From Massalongia carnosa (taxonomy: Eukaryota): a stretch of 64,000 nucleotides of DNA. Location: NCBI GenBank assembly GCA_965645245.1, contig OZ287084.1, forward strand, positions 1,488,001-1,552,000. The letters are read 5' to 3'. The first letter of the stretch is position 1, and every line of letters starts with the position of its first letter. The notes under the pieces are model-generated. The model worked only from the letters and a program-made list of their open reading frames with translations. It searched no databases and was not told the DNA's origin. A program made the position numbers and the translations under genes. This document shows, one piece after another, positions 23,901 to 37,300 of this stretch.

Positions 23901-26900
23901 ATGGCCATTCGGAGCTTGTGGAACGCCTGTCGGATGTCCATTTTTGAAAAGATCTTAGCTTCCTTCAGCTGGGCCAGTGTTTCCTCGATCAGCGGGATTG
24001 GATAGCGGTCTTTCTTTGACAGCTGGTTCAGCCTTCTATAGTCGACACAAAAGCGAAGTCCTCCATTGGGCTTTCTGGCCAAAAGAATTGGGGACGAACA
24101 AGCTGCGTGGCTAGCCTCAATGAACCCTTTTCCGAGGTTCTCTTCCAGGTATTTCTTGACGAATTCCAGCTCTTTTTGGGACATGCTTCTGAGAGGGCTA
24201 TGTCCGTGATCTTTTCCGCCTTCCAGAATAATTCGATGATCATAGGGGCGGTGAGGTGCCAGCGTGTCGGATGCAGCCTTTGAAAAGACATCCAGGAATT
24301 CATGGTAATCTGGGGGAACTACGGTCTTCGGGTCAGTAGGGGGACGGTCTTCTTTATTCAGCTGGTACTCGATGTCTTTCAATGAGATGGAAAATAATTC
24401 CACGTCCTTTTGTTTGGACAATAATCGGTACGCAGCGGCCCCTATCATCGCCATCTCTAGCGGCTTTTCCTCGGTAGTCGGTTTAACCTTGATTCCGGAG
24501 TCTGATAGTCCTTCTGATAGTCCCTTGTTCGACGTCGTCTTGGTTGAAATTGCTGGTTCTGGCCTGGTTTTCCAAGGTTCGTTTTGATTCGTTCTGGTCA
24601 GGATTTTCATGACCTTCTTCGGTTCAGCGGGTTCTTTTGTCGTCTTCGTTATCTTCTTTTCTGATGGTGGCTTCGATATACCCGAATGCGTGCAGTGTCC
24701 GGGCCAAAAGACTATCTGGTCGGTGGCCATGTCTATGATCACCCCGTGCTTCGTCATCCATGGTTTTCCGAGAATCATCTTGTGTTGTCCGAGTTTGGTG
24801 ATCAACAGGGGGGCGACCGTTTCCATATGGTCTTGCACGGTAAGAGTAGGATAGATGGCATGAGTAATGTCTTTACCTCTTTTACCATCGAACCCTTTCA
24901 CCGGTTTCGGTCGTGTTAGTCTCTGAGGGGAAATCTGAAGCTTTTCGCAAACTTCACGCGCAGTCGTTTCATCAATGAATGCGTGTCCTGTTGCACCTGT
25001 GTCCAACAGTCCCACTACTTTTATTTCTTCGCTGTTACCTAGCCTACATTGTATGACTAGAGGTTCATCCGTAAACAAATCGCCTGGTAAACAGCTAGAT
25101 GAAATCAACAAAGGTTCACCTCCATCCGCGCCTTCGGTGGAGGTCATTCTTTTCCCGAATCGGCTTCCTCAGCGATCTCCTGTATTCTCGCTGGCCGATT
25201 CTTCTTCTTTTCGCAGTCCCTAGATAAATGTCCCGTTTCCTTGCAAAAGAAACAACGACCTTCCCTTGTCAATCGCTCCTTTTCCTCGTCTGACATGTAG
25301 TAAGTGGTCCTTGGTGTAGATGGGTTGGAGATCGGGCGGGGCGGCACGTAGGTCTTGGTGGTGGCCGTCGTGGTTGTCCTTGTAGCGGAGGTGCTCGGGG
25401 TGCTCTGAGCCATGCTAGCACGTTTCTCGGCGAACCGTTCCATGCTGGCCTTACTTCGGTCCGACTCCTTGAAGCTCTGGTAAAGGCGTTGACACTTCTG
25501 CGCGAATTCGTATAGGTCGGTCGGTTCCAGGTCGCCGGTGGCCAATTATCTGCTCATTTCCCAAGAGAGCTTATACTTCAATTCATCGATTAGCGTTTCC
25601 TCGTTATGGTCCAACTCAGCTGCTAGACGTTGAAACTCGGCCCAAAAGGTGTTGAAGTCCTTGCTTCCTTGTTTGAGCGATCGGAAGTTGGTCATGGCGG
25701 TCCGCTTGCGGTTAGGGTCGCCGTATATGCGTTCTAATTGGTCGAACATTTCCTCGGCCGTCGTAAAGGGTCTGATGGCACCTTCCCGAAGTCGAGGTTC
25801 AAGGTGACCCATAGCTTCGCCACCGACCCGGTTCTCCACGTATGCCTTCTTTAGGACTTCTGTCGGCATGTGGTCATCATTGGCCGCTAGTTTGCTCCGC
25901 ATCTTCGTCAGCCAATGGTCAATGGAAATCTCTTTTCCATCGGTAAAGATGGGTGGGTCAGGGAGTTTCATGGAATTCTTCTTGTCCGTTCCATCGGTCA
26001 CCTGGGTGCTGGGTGTGTGAGAAGGAGAGCGAGGGCGTGATGGTTCTCGGGTTGGTTCCTTGGTGGCCTGACGCCGTGCCTCCCTGAGTTCCTCCTTCTG
26101 GTACTCCACAATTCCCTCTAGCTGGTTTATCTTATCTCGAAAACATTCTATCTTTCCGACCGCGTTACCATGGCGGATGAGATTGTCGAGGTAGGTGGCC
26201 TTCAGATTCTGGAACATGTCGGATACCGCTTGTGGGTCATGCTCCATCCATGCCTTCAATTGTCGCACGTTCTCCACCATCATAGGTTCAGCTACTTCTA
26301 GTTCGGCGTCAGTTTCTCGGGTTTCTGGAATGATGGACTCCCGTCTAGTTGGGAGGTCATCTTCGATTATCATGGATCGCGCCATCACTGTAGGGGAGGC
26401 TTCCTTCGGTTCTTCTAGGTTCGTTTTCTGGGTTTGGTTCGGTTCGGTTCGGTTCGGTTCGGTTCGGTGCCAACGCAGTGGCGGTCTCTGGTTCTTCTGG
26501 TTTCGTTTTGGTTCGTCGTTTGGGTTCTGGTTCGGTTTCTTTTCAGGGTCTTCGTGGTTCAGGTGAGTTCTTTTATATCCCTCACGTAGGATAGCGAAGG
26601 TAAATGATCTTGATTGTATTGTTATGATCTACCTAGAGACAAGTCATAGGGATGCTAGAAACGAATACAATCAAGATGAAGAAGAAAAGAACAATTGGAA
26701 GACAAATCTCGCCCCTATATAGTCCAGCGGCCCCTAGCCCTCAACCGACTCGTGGAAGGATCTAGAAGGTTCGAGCATTGACCAGCTATGGAAACCGTGA
26801 ATGCCGCGATGAGTCTAGCGTGCACACGCGATCCCGAGACTTCGGCTTGTGGCTTGTTCCGCTCCGGTCTACCGAAGTAGTGCCGAGTAGAACCGTGACA
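20941..26900 (-). mobile_element. Full-length Ty3/Gypsy chromovirus, degenerate; 281-bp LTRs 20941-21221 and 26620-26900
   Basis: gag 26388-25144 with an internal stop and CFFC..H..C knuckle; pol split into 25147-23318, 23314-22613 and 22643-21318 (LDTGA, YLDD, RNase H, integrase, chromodomain). PPT at 21222-21230. About 10 LTR mismatches; flanks are not a TSD. Confidence 0.95.
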
Positions 26901-29060
26901 GACCCCATTTCAATTTTGTGTCGATTCGAAGTCCCAAGATTCTAATGTCCGTTTTTGGTTATGATGCTGTTTTCTATTCTAACGACAATAGACATGTTGA
27001 ATTTCTTCGGATTTCTTGACAAGTGTATCAGTTCGTACTTTTTCGGTGCAAAAACTGATCCGTGTCGAATAGCCCATTTTTCGCATTTCTTGTGAATTTC
27101 CTCCAGCGTTTTGCAGTTTTCTTCCGTGCTTTTCCCATATGCTAGTACGTTTATGTCGTCTACGAAACCTAAGACGCTCGTGTTTGTTCCGGGTCTTTCA
27201 CATATGTCTAACAGGTCTGCGTTATAGAGTAGATAAAGGATAGGAGAAATAGGAGAGCCTTGTGGTATTCCAGTTCGTACTTCGAATATACCGGTGACTC
27301 GGCTATGTATTGCTAGCGTGGTGCTTCTTTCGTTTAAAAAACTGTCTACCCAGTCAGTAATCCATTTTGGGATTTTTCGTTTGCGCAGGTTATGAATTAA
27401 ACGTCGATGTGACACTATATCATACGCTCCTGCTACGTCCATGCTTAACAGAGTAGCTATTTTGTCGTTGCCTTGTCCCCATACTGTGTGAATTTGTTCA
27501 GTTAACAATTCCAGAGCAGTTTCGGTTGATCTTCCTCTTCTGGCCCCCATCTGTGTGTCCGGTAGGAGTCTGTGGGTTTCCGCTAGGTGAGTAATTTTCT
27601 TGGACATGATAGATTCCATAACCTTGCCGAGCGTGTTCAGAAGTGCTATGGGGCGATAGGCATTCGGAGCCGTATAGTCGTCTTTGTCTATCTTTCTCAG
27701 TGTGATTGTATATGCGGTCTTGAATGCGCGTGGATGATATGCCTGATCTATGCATGCTTGAAACAAAGGAGTTAGTAAATCGGACAGCTTTTCGGAGCAC
27801 GCCTTTACAATTCTGTTGGCTATTCCGTCCGGACCAGGGGCCGTGTCGGGTTTGAGTCGGCGTATCGATTCTGTCACTTCCGATCTGGTTACGATTATGG
27901 GACAGTGGGGAGGCTAGGATAGAAAGAGCCCTCTATATCGCTGAGGTCAGCAGGAGGGGCGGGTGGGAAGAATTTCTGTTTAAGCATATCCATTTTTTCC
28001 TCGAATGTGGATGCTATTTGGCCGTCTTTGATGAGGTTAGGCATTTTTGGAAGTTCTCTTGTCTTTTCACTTTTGTCTTTTGCCCATTTGGCTAGTCGCC
28101 ATAATCCCATGGATGATTCAGTAGCTTTTTCTATTTCCTTGCGAAACGATAGTCTTTTAGCTTTTTGAATAACTTTTTGGTTTCTGTGATTGGACTTCGT
28201 GTATGTTATCCAGTCTGAGAGGTCTCTGGAATTGGTCCAGACTCGTCTAAGCCTGCGTGTTTCTTTCGTAATTACACTGCAATCATCATTCCAAAAGGGT
28301 TTAGCGTATTTACTGGGTCTGGCCCATGGAACGGCGGCATTTATGACTCCTTGAAGGAATTTTTGGATCGATACGGTGTACGCGTCAATTTCGGCGTGAG
28401 AACGTGGGGTAGTAACGGGGGGAGCCTGTTTTTCAGCTTCCCTCAATTTTTCCATGTTCAATAACTTCCATGCCCTACGCTCGATGATTGTTTGAGGCTC
28501 ACTGTCAAGTGTTATTCGGGTCGAGATTGGTATGTGATCAGATGACTGATTGAGTTCAGGTCTTGACATGCAGTGTTCTAATCTTTCGGTTAAATTCTCC
28601 GACATGATACAAGGTCGATTGTGCTGAACGATTGTCTAGCCTCCCATGTGATAGTGCCTTTTGGTAGCGTTAGTGATAGACTAGACTCTTCAATTATGTT
28701 TAACAGTTGATCTGCGCCCGCATGTTGCGTTGTTCTGGACGGATCGTTCCAAAGGGGTTGGCGATTCGTTATATTTAAGGACAACGGACGTATTAGCTAC
28801 CGTGTTGGTTTCTGCGGCAAGCTTGCCGCTTGGGGCGTAATTGGGCTTTTGTTTTTCGGGTGGAGGGTCGTTTTCTGGGGGTCTCGAGACAGATGTCCCG
28901 TTAAGGACATCTTCTTGAGAAGGGAGCGGGGCATGAGAGCGTTGAGCTGGCAGTGGTGCAGGTAAGGCGCGTTTCTTATGCCGCCGAGGAGAGTTTGATC
29001 TGCTCTTAGTATTTCCGGAATGACTATGACGATCCCTGATGATTCACCGAACTATCAACG
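26901..29060 (-). mobile_element. Tad1-like LINE fragment (ORF1 start, APE remnant, RT), internally deleted
   Basis: TIDLV and SDHIPI endonuclease motifs; RT APGPDGI, YRPIALL, GIPQGSPISP, FVDD. Truncated at the LTR end 26900. Confidence 0.88.
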
Positions 29061-29309
29061 GCGACTATAATTACACTCACCACACAGGTCAGTCGCTCTG
29101 GTCAAAGTGACTAACGACTTATGGTTAGAGCAAAACGGCTCCGCGCCTCCTATAATACGTACTTGGTGATTACGCTACGTGCGCCATGGTGCGCCGTAAT
29201 TTCACTTATATAATCATCTGCCCGGACAACGTAGTACGGTTAAATACTGCTACCACACCAACAAGACCTACCCATCGTTTGTTCATCCGCGGATTTCTAC
29301 ATCAATATC

Positions 29310-30517
29310 ATGAGCATTCAACCCCATCCCCGTCAATACGCTACGCCTCCAGAAAGTTTCACTAGCCCCTCTTTTACCCCTCCCCCAACAGATGAGAAGC
29401 CGGCAAGTTTGGTCTCGCGCATAATAGAGGAAATTAAAAATCGGCAGGAGGGACGCACCTTGACGAGTACGTCCTGGGCTGTCTACTTCTTAGACCTGAA
29501 GGGTTACCAGGAGCTTCAGCACGAACTTCAAAGAGACGAGTCGCTCTGTGGGTTTGCACAACATAAACTCCGGTATGAAGAACCCTGACCCTCTGTCCGA
29601 TTCTATTGCCTAGCTAACACTGCACGCAGATACGATTACTTCCCCTCCACCTGTCAACTTGTCCTGCGAATGCCCACCACCCTGCACGAAGAATTCATCA
29701 CAAGCATTGTCGAGGAGGTACAGGTCCAATTGAAGTCTATCCAAGACGCGTCGGCAGAGTTCGCAAAGGAGATCAGGTCGAGCGGATCAGCATCGATCAA
29801 GTTTGCAGACGCAGAGTATGGCAAGCATGATCCTGATGCGCAGTTCCGCCACTCGAAGGCTCAATTTCCAGGAATTGTGATCGAGGTGTCGTATTCGCAG
29901 AAGAGAAAGGACCTCGAGCGCCTTGCGGACGATTATATTCTTGGGTCTGATAGCGATATTCGGGTGGTTGTGGGCTTAGATATCGAATATAAAACTGGCA
30001 AGAAGGCAACCTTGTCTGTCTGGCGGCCGAACATTATCACGAATGAAGCTGGAGAGAAAGAACTAGTCGCCCAACTGATCGTCGCGAACCAGGTTTGCAT
30101 ACACCATTCACACCTACGTCTTATGCTAACTTGATGCAGGTTTTCCGTGATAGCAATGGCAACCCAAGCTCATCTCGCACAGGAGGCCTTCGACTACGCC
30201 TTCGAGACTTCGCCACGGAAGCCCTGGCCGGGGTTGAACTACAGCTACGCGATCCGATTATCCTCCCTGCCAACAAATTATATTCGCTTCTCGAGCATGC
30301 GGAGGATGCAGCGTCCGTCGTCGGGCAGCAGGCTGGCATCGTCACAACTAATAAGCCTTGGGTAAGGAAGCGGCGCCGGGAATCCTCGCCACTAGAGGAG
30401 CTTACTCAGAGAGATGAGAAACGCTTTTGCGCGAATGAGAATAGAGCAGAAGATCAAACAACAAGGGACGATTCTTCGTACAAGACGGGTTCAACATCTG
30501 AGGGAGAAGCCAGTTGA
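29310..30517 (+). CDS. Intact 3-exon PD-(D/E)XK restriction-endonuclease-fold protein (367 aa)
   Basis: Exons 29310-29572, 29630-30092 and 30140-30517; introns gtatga..gctaac..cag and gtttgc..gctaac..cag keep the frame open. Motifs MPTTLHE, HDPDAQF and VIEVSYSQ. Confidence 0.8.
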
Positions 30518-30794
30518 GTTGTGCTAGAGAGAAAGAATAGCCTTCTTGGTCACACTTGCGACCATTGCCATCTGTACGTGTCTTGGCCTATCTCTATTCT
30601 CTCGGAAGAGAATGAAATTATCTCCATCACACATACACTTTACATGTGTTCCCGCAAGTTGGGCATACGAAGTAGCTGGTGGGGGAGAAGGGTCATAATC
30701 AAACGTTGGTAATGAGCGGAAAAAGACATCCAAGGGGGTTTTCGTATTCTGTTGATAAATGCGAGAGTCCCACAGATGCTGCTCCAGAGCAATC

Positions 30795-32329
30795 GAAAGA
30801 CAAATCTCGCCCCTATATAGTCCAGCGACCCCTAGCCCTCAACCGACTCATGGAAGGACCTAGAAAGTTCGTGCATTGACCAGCTATGGAAACCGTGAAT
30901 GCCGCGATGAGTCTAACGCGCACACGCGATCCCGTGACTTCGGCTTGCGGCTTATTCCGCTCCGGTCTACCGAAGTAGTGCCGAGTAGAACCGTAACACT
31001 ACCCCCGCTTTAGATCGCGAGTCACCTGACCGCGATAATGTCCGCGTTATACCCGCTTTTTGATAGTCTTTCTATAGTTGTTTGAACTGATCTATCAGGT
31101 TAGCTGAACACATCGAGGTTTATTGAACGAAGATAAGGTTTAGCGCGTCGGGAGTTTCGGTCCCTATCACCGCTTAATCCGAGATTAAGTGACCGATGCG
31201 GTTAGTGCGATCATCGTGGTTTATTTGGGTTTCGTTGATGGAAGTCCTCCATCACTTCCTTTGCATTTTCGAAACCTTCGGCATCATACCATGTCAGGTC
31301 CTCGTCAATTCCCTTCCATTTGACCTTGTGTTGCACCTTTCGGTACCGCTTTCGTGAGTCCAGAATGTCATCAAGTTCCCATTCTTCACTACCTTCTACG
31401 ACTATGGGTGGCGGTGGCTCGTGTATCTGACCTGGGAGTGAGGCCTTTCGAAGCAAGCTGGTATGGAAGACATCGTGAATTTTCATGGATGATGGCAATT
31501 CTAGTTGACAGGATGACCCTACTAACTTCTTGACTCGATAGGGCCCAATCATCTTATGGTCCAATTTCTTGGACGTTCGTTCTGTCTTGATATTTCGGGT
31601 AGATAACCATACCATGTCGTCTACTTCATATGAGACGTCTCTTCGATGTCGGTCAGCTGCTGTTATTTGCCTTTCTTGGGCCTTTCCCATATTTTGTTTG
31701 ACGAAATCCCAGATTTTCTTCATGTCCTCGATAATCGCTCGGGCTTTTCCATTGGCTAGCCTTTCCCTTGTTGATTCTGACGACAGTTCGATTGGGTCGA
31801 AACTCATCCTTGGTTCATAACCTTTCGTGGCCATGAATGGTGACAGTCCGGTAGTGGCCGATGGTGCGCTGTTTGCGGCAAATTCCGCCATTGGAAGAAG
31901 GTCCACCCAGTCGTCCTGCTTATAGTTCACGAAACTCCGGAGGTGATGTTCCATTTCCTGATTCGCGATTTCGCTTTGTCCATCTGTTTCTGGATGATAG
32001 GCTGTGGACAATTTCGCTGTGATTCCAAGGATTTTACACCAGGCTTTCCAAACCGTTGATGTGAATTGAGGGCCCCTGTCCGATACTATGCTGCTTGAGA
32101 GTCCATGATAACGCCATACGTTGTCCACTAGGAGTTTGGCTATGGCCTCGGACGTAGTTCCTTCATCACATGTGCATGGGATGTAGTGTCTCTCTTTAGA
32201 CAGTCAGTCTACTACCATCCGAATGGCGTCATTTCCATTACTCTTCGGGAGGCCGGTAACATAGTCTAGGGTGATGTCCATCCATGGTCTTTCTGGTATG
32301 GGTAGCGGTTTCAGCAGTCCATTATACTT
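30795..32329 (-). mobile_element. 3' fragment (integrase-chromodomain, PPT, partial LTR) of the same family as 20941-26900
   Basis: Near-identical to 21020-22448; the LTR part ends ...gaaccgtaaca at 30998. Confidence 0.93.
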
Positions 32330-32330
32330 A

Positions 32331-32490
32331 TGTCAGATGGTAGGGACTACCATCATGGGTCGACCCCGTGGTCTTGCAACTTCGGGTTCTTGAACCGAAA
32401 GATAAGGATTTTCAACTGCCATAGGAGCTGTCCTATCAAATCTCCAATGAGGATGAATATCTTTCAGCAACAACCTCCCCCCCCCCCAAT
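32331..32490 (+). mobile_element. LTR-like or TIR-like terminal fragment related to 39756-39784
   Basis: tgtcagatggtagggactaccatcatggg is 27/29 identical to the reverse complement of 39756-39784. Confidence 0.5.
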
Positions 32491-34292
32491 CACTTCTTCA
32501 TACAATCTTTCCTAAATTTTATGACTGCACGGAAGACCCATGGTTGAGTTGAACATGCCGGTGCAGGCCGGAAGTGCTGTTGGTTGACCAGTCAAACGTT
32601 CGTATTGAGGCATTATCTTTCTCAAAGCGTAGGGAGTGACGTATGGAGTTATTTCCTGAAAGATTGATTTACGAAGATCCAGTGGTAGTCGCATTTTGGC
32701 CTCATCGAGACGAATCAGATGATTGTGAAGCTCATTGATCAATAGTAAGTTAATCCCGTCCACTACAGTCTTAACATCTCCAGACCTGTCGCTTTAACAC
32801 TGCATGCCCGCCTTCTCCTCGAGAGGTGGTGGTGGTCTCGAAATGCATAATCGTGCTGGTATAACACTTTACGAAGCGATGACGAAAAGGAATGTAGGTC
32901 TCATTCAAATAACTCACACACTGATTCTGAAACTGATATTGATTACTGAATCGCTTCCATGTCTTCCAAAACTCTGATTCAGATGATGCGTAAAGGACTG
33001 ATTTCCAATCAGTGAAGAAAACGTTCCATGCCTCTTTGGTATCAAAATGCTTCTTGCAATTGACTATGACGTTATTATTGATATGCCACAGACAGAGTAG
33101 ATGATTGGTTGTAGAACTGAGGAAAACATCCTCAATTGCAGTCATCAGACCTCTTTCCATGTCCGTTACGATGATCGTCGGATTAGGAAGTTCCATCGCT
33201 CTATACACACTCCGCAATTGAGTTAAAACCCATGTATAATCAGACGTTGCTTCCTTGATCATGAAACAAAAGGCAACGTAGAAGTTGGTATGTAGGGCGG
33301 TTTGACCACTGATGATTAACAAGGGCATTTTATACCTGTTAGTCTTGTACGTGCAGTCCATCATCAAGACTTCATAATTCGTCTTCAGTAATCGTTGAGA
33401 ACTGCCTTGATGAAGAATAAATGAGTTATCTTATCCAGCTTAACCTTTTGTATCTCATACGTCCAGTCTCCCTTATTTAGCTCTCGAATTAATGCCTGCA
33501 CCGGAGTCAATGGACCGAGCGCGTCGCGACGAAGCTGTGACTTGAAGTTATAGATATCTCGAGGCTTAAACAGAGGATTAATGATGTAGGGATCTTCTGG
33601 ATCGTCATTAACTCCCGTCGTCGGATCAGGAATACGAAGGCTAGATAGTATCTTTGAAGGTGCTGTCTGAACGATCAATGCTCGAGAAATTTCGCTTTTA
33701 ACCTCCGACGTCATCGCCATTTTCCTCAATGCTGGATGAGCACCAGCGAGAGTGGATGTATGATTATGAGACGATGTGACGACCTCCAGGAACCATGTAC
33801 TACTCTCGTTTTCCCGCGTGGCCACGCAAGAAAAAGGACATTCAATACGTCTGCTTCCTGTATGTCGTCGATCCTGACCCTTTGGTTCATTGAATTTCCT
33901 TCCTCGATCGCACATCAGCCATGCCTTTCTCGTCACCTTGAGCTTCGATTTCTTGGTACGACTCAAGACAACAGCGTATCCTTGACGACCAGCATGTTCA
34001 TTCACACGTAGAATAAGGTCTTTCAGAGATTCAAAGCCTTGGCCATCTTCAGGAGGTGTAAGTTGACCAGATGATTGAGACAACGACATGATGATGGTAT
34101 AGTGAAAATGACGAGTGTACTTTTTTTTTTCAAGTTGCACCCGGAGCTTACCCCGAAGTAGATAAGGGAGGGGGCTGGACCCTTGATTCTTACCTATTCT
34201 AGGGAGGGAGTATCCATGTAACCAAAGGGGGTGTCCAGGTAACCAAAGGGGGGTGTCCAGGTAACCAAAAGGGTATCCTTGTATCCGTGCCC
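32491..34292 (-). mobile_element. Mutator/MULE transposon, 3'-truncated, frameshifted
   Basis: FAR1-like domain (CDRG..CPF..HNH), MDCTYKTNRYKMPL, IVTDMERGL, LCLWHIN, TSRGEGGH, SWIM-like CTG..GLPCSH. G-initiated end gggcacggatacaagg at 34292 with 22-bp subterminal repeats. Confidence 0.88.
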
Positions 34293-34579
34293 ATTTATTG
34301 ATGGATTTATGATGAATCCTCTAAGCCTAAATTTACAAGAAGAGAATTTTGTATGAGCTATCTCGCTTGTTACATAATCTCTACCGGTAGTCCGACACCT
34401 AGGTTTTGTATTCGACGACGTAGGCCGAGCTATCTAAATGTTTTTATTAGGCACGAAGCCGAGTTTGTCTCAAAGTCTACTGGTCACAATACTTCCCCTC
34501 GCTGATGACTTATTGAAAATAAAAGCGTGTTTTCTGCAGTCCGGCGTAGATTCGTTGGATATTGCTGAATGATGACCTA

Positions 34580-36884
34580 ACGTAACTCACTGGGCAACGG
34601 GACTGAGTAATTCCGAAATCATTACCTTTTGACCACTCAAGATGATGAATCCTTTATTAAATATATTTTACATACAAATTCAGCTTCAAATATCATAGTA
34701 GATCAAATTCTTCATTTTAAAACGTTATAATCATGGGTGTTGCTAAAAAAAATCACCTCCCACAAGACGTTCACCCCTTCATGTTTTCACCCCACCTCCA
34801 CCTATCAACAACGATTGCAGTCAGCCTTTTTGGCCTGGAAGCCGATGGAGCTCTTTCCATTACGAAGGCAGCTTCTCGATATGCTGTTTCAAAATCTACC
34901 CTTCATGCCCGCATTCAGGGCCGTCAACCACGATTTAAATCTGATCAGTTTAAACAACTGCTGACACCCGAAGAGGAAGACGCTTTTAAGAACTGGGTTT
35001 TACAACTTTATGCTTGGGGCTGGCCTGCTAAAATCCGGAATTACTGTGAGCAAGGGAGGATCATACTGTGCTGGGAGTCAATTGGCAACAGTATTTCTTA
35101 CATCTTTATCCCGATTTGCAGGCTAAATACAGTCGCCCACTTGATCAAGAACGATTATTCGCGGAGAATGAAGATATATTTCAGCACTGGTTTGAGCCTT
35201 TTCTCTCCACCAAAGAAATGCACGAAATTCATGATAAAGATATCTACAATATGGACGAAAAGGGGTTCATGATGGGGTAGCTGCTAGTGCTAAAGTAGTA
35301 AATTCTAAGCACGAAAAGCAGGTCTTTTCAGCACAGTCAGGTAATCGAGAATGGGTGTCATTGATCGTGTCTATTTGTACTAGCGGTCGAAGTTTACCTC
35401 TTTTCGTCATCTTCAAAGGAGTCAACAAGCAAAAGGCATGGTACGATGTTCTGGAAGACATTCACAGTGAAATCGCTACCAGCGAAAACGGATGGACAGA
35501 CAACGAACTAGGTCTTGATTGGTTGAAGAAGTGTTTTGAACCTGCTACTGCAAAATATCTACATGGTGAATATCGACTTCTTATAGTAGATGGTCATGCT
35601 TCTTATATTTCTACCGAATTCATCAAGTTTTGCCGAAAAGAAATTAATTCTTTTGTGTCTACCTCCACATATTACTCATATGTTACAACCTCTAGACGTG
35701 AGTGTTTTTGGGCCCTTATCACGAGAGTACAAAAAACAATTAGAGGTCGTCACTCGATTCAACGTCTGTTCAGTCGATAAGGTGGATTTTCTGAAGATCA
35801 TTTAAAAAGCAAGAAAAGAAGCTATCAACACAAAAAACGTGCTCACTGCATAGAGAGCAACCGGATTAGTACCATACAATCCGTCATCAGTTCTTCAAAA
35901 ACTCACTAATAAACAATCGGTGTTGCGAAAGACTAATAGCATCATCATCACTACCACCACAACCACTACCACCACGACGAATATCAATTCGTCCTCCCGT
36001 CCTAACACTCCGACAACTCTTCAAAACTCTCACGAAGTTATCGTTGAAATTGAAAAGACACCTACAAATATCTATCAAATAAATCAACTGATTTGTCGAA
36101 TTCGGAATGATGAAGAATCAGACTCAACCTCCGTCCGAGCTCTAAATAAATTGATAAAAGGGGCTAAATACGCCTTTGCAGACTCCACCTTGCTACGTAT
36201 CACCAACACCGAGCTTCTTCAGGCCAATGTACGACGGCATTATCGAGTCAATCGTAGCGGGGCTCACTATGGAGGAAAGGCTCGAGTCCTAAGCCTTGAA
36301 GACGTTCAACAAAGACAGCAATGAGCCAAAGATAAACAGAAGGTGAAGGACGACAAAAAGAAGGCCGCTCAGCTAAAACGGGCCGAGCAGGACCTTATCA
36401 AAAATTTCAGAGAAATGTGTAGATTTGGACCTGATTTACTAAGACAAACGTGTACTGCATCTCCGACGAAAAGTCCTCAGAAAGCACCTGATCTTTCACA
36501 AAGTAGGCCCATTTGTTCTTTGAAAAGACCATTACTACCCCCTCCCATGCTTCAGCCAATGACAGAAGAGGTAGAAAGAGCGAAGAGGATAGAGGGGGTG
36601 GAGGAGGTGAAGGAGGTGGAGGGGGTAAAGGAGGGTAGCGGGGTAGGGGTGGAGGTGGAGGTGGTGGAGGAGGTGAAGAAGGTTCAAACTACCAGACGAG
36701 GTCGTATTGTACGTCAACCACGTAAAATATGATTAATTTACATGCAGACAAAATATCAATTTCACGTCTAATAGACATTGAAGCCGAATTTTCATGTAAA
36801 ACGGGTGAGAGGTAGGCTTTAGAAATTAAGCGAAATTTAGTTAGTCCCGTTGTCCAGTTTGTCCCGTTGCCCAGTGAGTTACGT
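34580..36884 (+). mobile_element. pogo/Fot1-like DNA transposon, full length, degenerate
   Basis: TIR acgtaactcactgggcaacgggac and its reverse complement, TA on both sides; YNMDEKGF, LIVDGHAS and LQPLDVSVF in broken frames. Confidence 0.92.
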
Positions 36885-37300
36885 TATGTTTTATGTAGGC
36901 TACCGGAATTTGATGTAAATCGACAGAAGCTGCACACTCACTCGAACCGGAATTGATAACAGACAGCATGTTGCTGCAGCCCGACATAAAACTGACGGAG
37001 TCTGCATCCTAGCTCGATGCACTGCAGAATATACATGACGCTTGAGATAAAGTCAGGTGAAAGGTTCGCTTCACGACCGAGAAAAATTTAAACTTGCATA
37101 TTGCATGTATCTTTCGCATGCATGCTACATGCCCATCGGGTTCTCTTGATAATGCCTAAGTTTGATGTTCGTCGGCTTTCTTGGACTACCCACACCCTGC
37201 GATGTTCTGGATCTCGCCGTCTCGCCTTCCTTTTTGTCTACTATTCCGACTTCGACCTAAATCGAATCATTCTCCGGCGAATGGTGTAGATATTTAGAAC

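Noticed and set aside
26430..26467. (GGTTC)n tract
   Set aside because: Simple microsatellite in the Gypsy 5' leader.
30620..30790. Small minus-strand gene (ALEQHLWDS..PLDVFFRSLPTFDYDP)
   Set aside because: At best a short remnant truncated by an LTR; too little to call.
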